From Methanocella sp. (GTDB lineage: Archaea; Halobacteriota; Methanocellia; Methanocellales; Methanocellaceae): 24,000 bases of DNA. A program made the translations under genes and the position numbers. The stretch lies in contig NZ_DATJPM010000029.1 of NCBI RefSeq assembly GCF_035506375.1, forward strand, positions 6,902 to 30,901. Reading direction: 5' to 3'. Position 1 is the stretch's first letter. The number at the start of each line of letters is the position of its first letter. Positions 6,079 to 12,952 of the stretch are shown here, piece after piece. The notes beneath the pieces were generated by a model. The model saw nothing but the letters and a program-made list of their open reading frames with translations, ran no database searches and had not been told where the DNA came from.

Positions 6079-7168
6079 CGAGCGGTATGTACATGTCGTC
6101 GGGCAGCAGAGTGCCGTGGTTGCCGCCGCCGCCCGTCAGGTTATGGCACCCGTGGTCGGCGTAAATGACCACGACCGTGCCATTATCCAGGCTTTTCAGG
6201 ACCTCGCCGACTTCGACATCGGCCGTTTTCACCGAGGCCAGCCCTTCGGGCGAATAGGGGCCATATTCGTGCATTTCCAGGTCAGTATCCTTGTAGTGGA
6301 CGACCATAAAGTCGGCGCCTGCCCGGTATTCGTCGATGGCCGCCGCGGTGACCTCGTCGTCAGCGGAGCCGTCGCCGTTCTCGTCGAGGGCGAACACCGT
6401 ATCGTTCACGGCTACGGGCGGGCTGTTGCCGTCGACCCAGACGGCCTTGAGCCCTTTGCGCTCGAGGATGTCGAAGACCGTGTCATTATAAGGCAGGTAA
6501 GACCGGAAATCCCCCCTGGAGAGGTTCGGCGCCAGCCCGGTGGCCATGGCCTTCGCGTTATTCTGGGTGATGGATGGGTAGACGCATACAGCCTTTACCG
6601 GCTCTCCCAGAGATGATATATTGCTGATCAGGCCCCTCTGCCGGGCGTCCTGATAGCGCTCGTAGCCGAAAGCGTCCAGATAGAACAGGACGACCCTGCT
6701 CGCCTTTTCGTGGATCAGGTCGTCCCTGCCCCCGGCGTCCAGGGCATAAAGGATAGACGGCGCGACGTCCAGCGTGGACACTCCGGGCTTATCGGCAAGC
6801 GTAACGTTAATGTCCGTGGGCATAGCCCTTTTGCCGGCATAGTAGACGCTGCCGTTGGGCTCAACAAGCATGGGGATGTCCTTGCTCGCCGCCGAGGCGG
6901 CATCTGTCCAGTTATATACCGTGCCATTATACGATATGGCCGTGACCGGATATACGCCGTAGTAAGCGAGGAATATTTCGAGCGGTATGCCGGTGACGCC
7001 GTCGTAGGTCTTCGCGTCGTTCGCCAGCTTTTCATAGAGCGAGCTATTGACGCTCTTCGACGAATCGCCGTTGATTGCGAACGACCACTCCCTGCCCGCA
7101 GTAATACAGCCCGAAAGGGCGATAAAAAAAAGAATGAGCAGGACTGGGAGAATTTTTTTAACGTCCAT
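6062..7168 (-). CDS. Exported lipoprotein of the nucleotide pyrophosphatase/phosphodiesterase (alkaline phosphatase superfamily) type, with an N-terminal accessory domain
   Basis: - The signal peptide has a lipobox (FIALSGC).
- NPP-type motifs are present: VVLFYLDAFGYERY, YPSITQNNAKAMATGLAP (nucleophile Thr context), HYKDTDLEMHEYGP (D..H..GP) and VIYADHGCHN.
- The N-terminal 130 aa or so contain GVTGIPLEIFLAYYGV, resembling the module repeated in the upstream genes.
- Its ATG at 7168 abuts the stop of the upstream gene (7169-7171). Confidence 0.7.
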   Translation of the reverse strand: MDVKKILPVLLILFFIALSGCITAGREWSFAINGDSSKSVNSSLYEKLANDAKTYDGVTGIPLEIFLAYYGVYPVTAISYNGTVYNWTDAASAASKDIPMLVEPNGSVYYAGKRAMPTDINVTLADKPGVSTLDVAPSILYALDAGGRDDLIHEKASRVVLFYLDAFGYERYQDARQRGLISNISSLGEPVKAVCVYPSITQNNAKAMATGLAPNLSRGDFRSYLPYNDTVFDILERKGLKAVWVDGNSPPVAVNDTVFALDENGDGSADDEVTAAAIDEYRAGADFMVVHYKDTDLEMHEYGPYSPEGLASVKTADVEVGEVLKSLDNGTVVVIYADHGCHNLTGGGGNHGTLLPDDMYIPLVIGEA

Positions 7169-8035
7169 TTACTCCGCCGTTATCGCTTCCACGCCCATCC
7201 AGTTTGCCCGGGCCTTATCGCTCGACGCTATCTTGATCTTGCCCTGGTCCCGGGTGACGAGCAGCCCGGCCGTCTCATCCCGGGTATAGGTCTTTTCGAC
7301 GACGGGGCCCTTAATGGTCACGTTCGAGTAGCCCGCGAATCCTTCCTTCGCCAGCAGATTATCAAGGCGGATGCCCGGCACGACGAAGGCCGACTGGTAC
7401 TGGTAATCGCGGTCCGTTCCCGCGTATCCGGTCGTCTTGCTGCTGTAGACCAGGCTGTCCATGCCATCATCGATCATTTGACCGTAGGTCAGCTCCTTCC
7501 CGTTGAGCTGTATGGAGTCGCCGGAATTGCCGCCCACCACGACGATGGCCCGGATGTTCTTTGCCCACACGTTCACGGGCATGTTGGGGCCGAGCACGCG
7601 AATGGAGTATTCCATGGGCACGAATATCGTCTCGTTGCTCATCTCGCTCTTATTTAGTGTCATCTCATAGTCGTCCGCATAGAAGACCAGCCGGTCGAAG
7701 CCGGTCACGCCGTGCGCCTGCAGGAAATCATAGACGGAGACCCCCTTCGATGGGACGCCTACGCCGTCCTGCTGCTTTAGCGTGGTGATCTCGATCTGCC
7801 TGAGCTTGAAGATGTCGTCGATGACCACGTATTCGTCCTGCGGCGTATCTCCGGTCAGCAGCAGCGTGCCATTCATGTTGACGTCGGGCGCGACCACGCT
7901 GCCGTGGCCCTCGTGGCACTGCTTGCAGTCGAGCTGCTGGGGCTGCGTGCTGGACGTATACGCGAAGGTCGCCGCCGCGGCCAAGACAAGCCCGATGGCC
8001 AGGCCGGCGATCAGGAACTTATACGCTTTTTCCAT
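7169..8035 (-). CDS. N-terminally anchored CXXCH protein with two sulfite-oxidase/YedY-like modules
   Basis: - There is one N-terminal TM helix (FLIAGLAIGLVLAAAATFAY).
- It is followed by DCKQCHEGHG (CKQCH = nt 7913-7927, minus strand). These are the only two Cys in the 288-aa protein.
- Two modules follow: GVPSKGVSVYDFLQAHGV...YADDYEMTL...IRVLGPNMPVNVWAKNIRAIVV, and VPGIRLDNLLAKEGF... Confidence 0.7.
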   Translation of the reverse strand: MEKAYKFLIAGLAIGLVLAAAATFAYTSSTQPQQLDCKQCHEGHGSVVAPDVNMNGTLLLTGDTPQDEYVVIDDIFKLRQIEITTLKQQDGVGVPSKGVSVYDFLQAHGVTGFDRLVFYADDYEMTLNKSEMSNETIFVPMEYSIRVLGPNMPVNVWAKNIRAIVVVGGNSGDSIQLNGKELTYGQMIDDGMDSLVYSSKTTGYAGTDRDYQYQSAFVVPGIRLDNLLAKEGFAGYSNVTIKGPVVEKTYTRDETAGLLVTRDQGKIKIASSDKARANWMGVEAITAE

Positions 8036-8041
8036 GGCTGA

Positions 8042-8977
8042 TCACGATAGCTCTATGGTGGCGAGCTTATTGACCCACGTGGAGAACTGCTGCGAGGGCA
8101 GGATGTCCCGTAGCGTGCCGTTCTGCTGGTCGATGGCGATGATGGCATCGTTGTCGGCCCGGATGTCGGTCATGTTGACCGTCTTATTGTAGCCGTCGGA
8201 CGCGATGAACCTGACCTTCGTGGCAGTGGTGTTCGCCGCGTAGTCGTCCAGGATCTTATTCAGGGACGGACCGGAAACGCTCAGCGTCGTGTTGTTTTTA
8301 AAGGGCACCGTCAGGGACTTGACCGGGTACGACTGGAGCTTCGACATCTTCAGCCCGATGGCGTTCGCGGTGACGCCGGTGATGTTCAGCACGAACGGCT
8401 CTGTGCTGGAGCCGGCGGCCTGGGTGAGCTCGATCTTGACCGGCACCTTCATCCACATCTCGCCCGGCTCGTCGGGCACGACTATGCGGATGGAGTTCTT
8501 GTTGATGTTATCGGTGAGCGCCGTGCCGTTCTCCTTCAGGCCGAGGATGGACTTTTCGAGCTGGGCCTTCGTGTAGACCTTCATGTACCCGTCGGACGCG
8601 GAGATCTTGAAGTTATAGTCCCCGGCGGGCAGGCCGGCCTTGTTGATAATATCCATCATGGGCACGCCCACGTAATCGCTTGTCGTCTCGGTGCCTACAG
8701 AGTTGATCATGACGACCCCGTCTTTCTCGACCAAGCCCATGGCCTTAATATCGGCATACGCAAGCGTCACGTTCGTGTTTCCGCCAACTACCTGGAGCTT
8801 ATAGTTCGGCACGTCCGTCAGGCCCGCCTTGAGGCCCGAATTATCGCCGCCGGCCGCGCTCGGGGCCGCCGTGGTCGGTGTCGCAGTATTAGTGTTCGTG
8901 CTCGTAGTGCAGCCGCTCAGAGCCGCGGCTACCAGAACAACCGTAAGAATCAATAGTATCGATGCATTATACCTCAT
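8042..8977 (-). CDS. Lipoprotein with two sulfite-oxidase/YedY-like modules (cysteine-free)
   Basis: - SD GGGGTGA lies upstream of the ATG at 8977.
- The signal peptide has a lipobox (AAALSGC) followed by a T/N/P-rich linker.
- Module 1 is YVGVPMMDIINKAGL...SASDGYMKVY...IRIVVPDEPGEMWMKVPVKIEL.
- Module 2 is GPSLNKILDDYA...IASDGYNKTV...FSTWVNKLATIEL. Confidence 0.7.
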   Translation of the reverse strand: MRYNASILLILTVVLVAAALSGCTTSTNTNTATPTTAAPSAAGGDNSGLKAGLTDVPNYKLQVVGGNTNVTLAYADIKAMGLVEKDGVVMINSVGTETTSDYVGVPMMDIINKAGLPAGDYNFKISASDGYMKVYTKAQLEKSILGLKENGTALTDNINKNSIRIVVPDEPGEMWMKVPVKIELTQAAGSSTEPFVLNITGVTANAIGLKMSKLQSYPVKSLTVPFKNNTTLSVSGPSLNKILDDYAANTTATKVRFIASDGYNKTVNMTDIRADNDAIIAIDQQNGTLRDILPSQQFSTWVNKLATIELS

Positions 8978-9030
8978 AGTTTCACCCCATTTTGTCTTAA
9001 GGTGTAATAAGCAAAGTAATTAGCATCTGT

Positions 9031-9042
9031 ATTATAATAAAC
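9031..9042 (-). promoter_or_regulatory. Possible internal TATA box in the 90-nt gap between ecfT and the downstream lipoprotein gene
   Basis: The minus strand reads TTTATTATAAT about 55 nt upstream of the ATG at 8977. This is the only sizeable gap in the 12862-6062 gene string. Confidence 0.3.
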
Positions 9043-9067
9043 ATGATGCAATCGATATTAGTTGCTT

Positions 9068-9877
9068 TCATGGAAAAGTGAACGACGCCGGCATGGTCAG
9101 GAAGTGGAGCCAGAGGTTAAGCGCCAGAACGGCCACGATGGCGACGGCCGTAGCGCTAATCACGGCATCCGTCGCCCGGAACGGCCTGCTCCGCGTGAAT
9201 GTGCGCGCCCGGCTGTAGCCGAACGCCCGGCTCTCCATGGAGATGACCAGCACGTCCACCTTGGACAGCGCCGAGACGATCAGCGGCATGAGCGTAAACC
9301 GTACGATTTTTATCACGCTCTTTATCCCTCCGCTGTCGATCTCCAGGCCCCGGGCCGCCTGGGCATTTCTCACGGTGCCGGCCTCAGATTCGAAGACCGG
9401 CAGGAAACGTATGGCCGTGACTATCATGAACCCGAAGCGGTAGGGCAGGCCCGCCTTCATGAGCGCGTAGGCCAGCTCGTTCGGCTCGGTGGTGACGATG
9501 AAGATGGCGCTGCCCAGGATGATGGTGAGGAAGCGGAAGGCGATGAGAAGCCCGTTGTAGACTCCCATGGTCGTGATGTTCACGGTGAAAAGCACGAGGG
9601 GTACGCTGACGATGAGGCCGCCTCCGCCCGTGAACAGCGCCTGGACGGCGACGATGAGCAGGGCGAAGGAGATGAAATATTTAGACGTGACCAGCGAGGC
9701 CAGCGTCCTGGACCGGAGCCATGCGGCGATCGCGAGCATGGCCAGGAAACACAGCAGCTCGGCCGTCAGGCTGCTGAACATAAAGATGGATACGCTGTAG
9801 GCGACGAGCACCAGCAGGCGTGTCAACGGGTTCAGCCGGTGTATAAAAGAAGAGCCCCCCTCGTAACGGAGCCTCAT
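9068..9877 (-). CDS. ecfT: ECF transporter transmembrane (T) component, EcfT/CbiQ family
   Basis: - The ATG overlaps the stop of the ATPase gene (9874-9877).
- It is a polytopic membrane protein.
- It opens with the N-terminal IHRLNPLTRLLVLV motif typical of CbiQ/EcfT.
- Coupling-helix-like motifs AIRFLPVFESEAGTVRNAQAARGLE are present. Confidence 0.8.
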   Translation of the reverse strand: MRLRYEGGSSFIHRLNPLTRLLVLVAYSVSIFMFSSLTAELLCFLAMLAIAAWLRSRTLASLVTSKYFISFALLIVAVQALFTGGGGLIVSVPLVLFTVNITTMGVYNGLLIAFRFLTIILGSAIFIVTTEPNELAYALMKAGLPYRFGFMIVTAIRFLPVFESEAGTVRNAQAARGLEIDSGGIKSVIKIVRFTLMPLIVSALSKVDVLVISMESRAFGYSRARTFTRSRPFRATDAVISATAVAIVAVLALNLWLHFLTMPASFTFP

Positions 9878-11385
9878 TTCCTGCAGCCCTCCGGCACATA
9901 GTCCTTCATTCCTGATTCCTCTATGCGCCGCATTGCCGCTTCCGGCTTATCGTCCACCAGGACGATGCCGTCCTTGAGGAGCACGATGCGGTCGCAGTAC
10001 CTGTAGACCATATCCATGTCGTGCGAGACCAGCACGAGGGCCTTGCCCCCGTCCCTCAGCCTTCGCAGCTCGCGGCACATGCGTGTCACGTTGGCGTAGT
10101 CCTGCCCGACGAAGGGCTCGTCCATGATGATGAGCGTGGGGTCGTGCGGCAGGACCGAGCATAAGTTCAGGCGCCGCTTTTCGCCGAAACTGATGCCCAG
10201 CGGATGCTTATCCCTGTATTTGGCCAGGCCGTACTTCTCTAGGACGGGATCGACGAGATGGGCGGCCTCATCCTCTCCCGTGCCGAAGTTCCTTAAGGCG
10301 AAGGCGGCCTCGGCGTAGACGGTCCTCTCGAATATCTGGTGGTTGGGGTTCTGGAAAATGAAGCCCGAGCGCCGGGCGATATCGGACGTCCGGGACTTTC
10401 CCACGTCCAGTCCCGTGACCGAAACGCTTCCCGAGTCGAATTTGTGGAGCCCCATGAGCACGTTGAGGAAGGTGGTCTTGCCGGAGCCGTTCGGCCCGAT
10501 GATGCCCACGATCTCCGAATTATTCACTTGCATGTCGATGCCGTGGAGCGCCTCCCTGCCGTCGTACGACGCGCGGAGGCCTTTAACCTCCACAACTGGC
10601 GTCTTTTTCGTCGTGCCGCCGTCCGCCGCGAAGGCCGGGCAATCGAGGCCAGGCAGCCTGACGCCGATAGAGTTTAGCTGCTCCCGGTATCTGCCAACGA
10701 CCTCCCGGGGCTCTCCATCCATGACGATCCGGCCTGCCTCCATGACGACCAGCCTGTCCGCAAGCCCCATGAGCCTGTCGAGCTTATGCTCGATAACGAT
10801 GATGGTCATTCCCGTATTCTCTTTAAGGCGCTCGATAGCAGAGAAGACGGTCGCTGTGCTGGACGGGTCAAGGTTCGAGGTGGGCTCGTCGAGGATCAGC
10901 GCCCGGGGATGCATGGCCAGCAAGGAAGCGATGGCCACCCGCTGCTTCTCTCCACCGGAAAGCTCGTGGATCTCCCGGCCCTTCAGGTATGAGGCCCCGA
11001 CAAGGGCCAGAGACTCATCGACCCTGCGGTTCACTTCATCCGCGCTCAGCAGAAGATTCTCGGGCCCGAACGACACCTCGTCCCGCACGTTCAGCGTGCA
11101 TAGCTGAGACTCGGGGTCCTGCTGCACGATGGCCACGAGGGGGGCGATGTCGGACAGTTCCACGTCCGTCGTGCGCTTGCCATCCACCTCGATAGAGCCC
11201 TCCATCCGGCCCTCGAATACGTGGGGGATGTACCCGCCCATGGCCAGGGCCAGTGTGGACTTGCCGCACCCTGATGGCCCCGTGATGGCCAGGAACTGCC
11301 CTTCAGGTATCTCCAGGCTGATGCCGTCCAGCGCTTTCCTGTCAGAGTTAAAAAAAGAGAACGACAGGCCCCTGATCGAGATCAT
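9874..11385 (-). CDS. ecfA: ECF transporter fused double ATPase (EcfA-EcfA')
   Basis: - Two ABC cassettes lie in one 503-aa protein.
- Cassette 1 has Walker A GPSGCGKST, signature LSGGEKQRV and Walker B LILDEPTSNLD.
- Cassette 2 has Walker A GPNGSGKTT, the degenerate signature ISFGEKRRL and Walker B LIIMDEPFVGQD. Confidence 0.9.
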   Translation of the reverse strand: MISIRGLSFSFFNSDRKALDGISLEIPEGQFLAITGPSGCGKSTLALAMGGYIPHVFEGRMEGSIEVDGKRTTDVELSDIAPLVAIVQQDPESQLCTLNVRDEVSFGPENLLLSADEVNRRVDESLALVGASYLKGREIHELSGGEKQRVAIASLLAMHPRALILDEPTSNLDPSSTATVFSAIERLKENTGMTIIVIEHKLDRLMGLADRLVVMEAGRIVMDGEPREVVGRYREQLNSIGVRLPGLDCPAFAADGGTTKKTPVVEVKGLRASYDGREALHGIDMQVNNSEIVGIIGPNGSGKTTFLNVLMGLHKFDSGSVSVTGLDVGKSRTSDIARRSGFIFQNPNHQIFERTVYAEAAFALRNFGTGEDEAAHLVDPVLEKYGLAKYRDKHPLGISFGEKRRLNLCSVLPHDPTLIIMDEPFVGQDYANVTRMCRELRRLRDGGKALVLVSHDMDMVYRYCDRIVLLKDGIVLVDDKPEAAMRRIEESGMKDYVPEGCRK

Positions 11386-11389
11386 AAGG

Positions 11390-11827
11390 TCAGGATACGT
11401 CCAGCTCGGTGGCCTGCTCTACCCACATGCCTCCCGCGAAGCCCCTGGCGATGACGCGGACCGTGTCGTTGTCGTTGATGAGGATGACGTTATCGTTAGC
11501 GGTCACGTTGGCAAGGTCGAACGTCTGGGCGTACCCGTCGGAGGCCCTGATGGTGACGTTCGTAGCGCCGCTCTTCACTCCGGCGTCGGAGAGCACTGTC
11601 CTCAGCGGGACGCCCGTATAGTTCGCCTCCGGCAGGTGCGTGACCTTGCCGTCAAGCTTCGCCGTGATGGTCACGAACCTGTCCTTATAGCTGTTCAGGT
11701 CGTACGTCCCGGGCTTATCTACCTGTCCCTTAACGTTAAAGCTCAGCTTCTTCTCAGTCGTGCATCCAAGCGACATAGCCATAATGACCATCACGATAAA
11801 TACAATAGCGATTCCTGATCTCCTCAT
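11390..11827 (-). CDS. Small lipoprotein consisting of a single sulfite-oxidase/YedY-like module (cysteine-free)
   Basis: The signal peptide has a lipobox (AMSLGC). The module is FVTITAKLDGKVTHLPEANYTGVPLRTVLSDAGV...RASDGYAQTF...VRVIARGFAGGMWV. By eye it is roughly half identical to the C-terminal domain of the upstream S-component protein. Confidence 0.7.
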   Translation of the reverse strand: MRRSGIAIVFIVMVIMAMSLGCTTEKKLSFNVKGQVDKPGTYDLNSYKDRFVTITAKLDGKVTHLPEANYTGVPLRTVLSDAGVKSGATNVTIRASDGYAQTFDLANVTANDNVILINDNDTVRVIARGFAGGMWVEQATELDVS

Positions 11828-11836
11828 AGTAAAGCC

Positions 11837-12862
11837 TCAATACACTTTTATCATTTTCATCTTATCGACCCATAATTGACCCGGATACCCGCGGGCGACC
11901 AGCCTCAGATGGCCGTCCTCCTGGACGATGATGAGGTCGTCGTTGTCCATGATATCGGAAACGTTGAACGACTGCGTATAGCCGTCGGAGCCGACCACGT
12001 CCAGGGTCTTCGCGCCGGCGCCTACCCGGGCGTCCCGGAGCACGTACCGCACGGGCAGCCCCGTGTAGTTCTGGGCCGGCAGGTGAGTGACGGCCCCGTC
12101 GAGCTTCGCGTTGATGGTCACGAACTCCGACGCGTAGGACGGCTGATAATAGTCCTTCGGGGACGCCACTGCGCCGGTCACGGTGAACTGGAGCGGATCG
12201 CCCTTTAGCCGGACCAGGGCAAAATAATATATCGCCGAGAACACGATGAGCAGCGCCAGGATGACGGCGACGACCCTCGTCGCCGTGAACCCGAAGCCCT
12301 TTTTCTCGGGCTTTTTCTCCCGGCGCACGATGCCCGCTTCCTCGAGATTGTCCATGATGCCCACGCTGAAGTATCCCGCGAACACCGCCCCTGAAACGAT
12401 GGAAAGCAGGCCGACCGCGGCTAACAGGAATATGTTCGGGTAGACGTTGAACAGAAGCTGGCTCGCGAGCACGTAGGCGAAGGAGCCCAGGATACCGCCG
12501 GTAAAGTAAGAGAGCTTCGGGTACTTCTTAAACGGCCAGAAGCCGATCTCCACGAAAATGCCCTCCAGGAGCGAGATGAACACGACGAAGATGCCATGGG
12601 AGCTCCCGGAGAGGAATTCTACTAAGCCCTTGAGAAGCCCTCCCCCGACGCCGGCGCCGGGTTTTTTTGTGATGGCCACCATCAGGACGAGCCAGAAGAT
12701 GTGCAGGCCGGCCACTATCTCGCCGGCGCCGTACGGCACGCCTGCAAGGCGGTTGATGACGTTAGCCAGGTACTGCACGTACGTCGACATCACGCCGCCC
12801 AGAGACGCCAGGATGGCGACCGTGAGCAGGTCCCTGGTGGTGAAATAGTATTTTGGCGCCAT
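11837..12862 (-). CDS. ECF-type S (substrate-capture) component fused via an extra TM helix to a C-terminal sulfite-oxidase/YedY-like module
   Basis: - aa 1-170 form about six hydrophobic helices of S-component size, in the first position of an ecfA/ecfT operon.
- aa 171-189 are a K/R/E-rich linker (DNLEEAGIVRREKKPEKKG).
- aa 190-217 are an additional TM helix.
- aa 221-341 are the module (FVTINAKLDGAVTHLPAQNYTGLPVRYVLRDARV...GSDGYTQSF...LRLVARGYPGQLWV).
- The S-component subfamily and substrate are not identifiable by eye. Confidence 0.6.
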   Translation of the reverse strand: MAPKYYFTTRDLLTVAILASLGGVMSTYVQYLANVINRLAGVPYGAGEIVAGLHIFWLVLMVAITKKPGAGVGGGLLKGLVEFLSGSSHGIFVVFISLLEGIFVEIGFWPFKKYPKLSYFTGGILGSFAYVLASQLLFNVYPNIFLLAAVGLLSIVSGAVFAGYFSVGIMDNLEEAGIVRREKKPEKKGFGFTATRVVAVILALLIVFSAIYYFALVRLKGDPLQFTVTGAVASPKDYYQPSYASEFVTINAKLDGAVTHLPAQNYTGLPVRYVLRDARVGAGAKTLDVVGSDGYTQSFNVSDIMDNDDLIIVQEDGHLRLVARGYPGQLWVDKMKMIKVY

Positions 12863-12872
12863 GCTCCACCGT

Positions 12873-12886
12873 TATTTATTTAAATT
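12873..12886. promoter_or_regulatory. AT-rich TATA-like element in the 90-nt divergent spacer (ECF operon / ccsA-like gene)
   Basis: TATTTATTTAAATT lies between the ATG at 12862 (minus) and the ATG at 12953 (plus). Read on the minus strand it could serve the ECF operon. Confidence 0.3.
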
Positions 12887-12925
12887 AACAATGGTTTTTT
12901 GTGTAATCCGAGTATAACTAGGACA

Positions 12926-12935
12926 GGATATAAAA
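12926..12935 (+). promoter_or_regulatory. TATA-like box for the ccsA-like gene (near-leaderless spacing)
   Basis: GGATATAAAA is centred about 23 nt upstream of the ATG at 12953. The spacing is consistent with a leaderless or very short-leader archaeal mRNA. Confidence 0.35.
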
Positions 12936-12952
12936 CTTGTGAGACGACGCTT

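Noticed and set aside
6710-7657. 315-aa plus-strand ORF
   Set aside because: It is antisense and spans the junction of two motif-supported minus-strand genes (phosphodiesterase and CXXCH protein). It is Arg/Gly/Val-rich with no recognisable motifs.
9062-9901. 279-aa plus-strand ORF
   Set aside because: It is antisense to ecfT. It is extremely rich in D/E/R/G/H, which is the complement of a hydrophobic membrane-protein gene, so it is a shadow ORF.
10343-11818. Two long plus-strand ORFs (10343-11107 and 11129-11818)
   Set aside because: They are antisense to the double ATPase gene, which has unambiguous Walker and signature motifs, and to the small lipoprotein gene. They are S/P/R-rich with no motifs.
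12899-12952. N-terminal extension of the ccsA-like ORF (non-ATG start); the extension at 23525-23578 of the last ORF is a similar case
   Set aside because: Both extensions begin at non-ATG codons inside AT-rich promoter-like DNA. The internal ATGs give sensible N-termini (a TM helix and a signal peptide).
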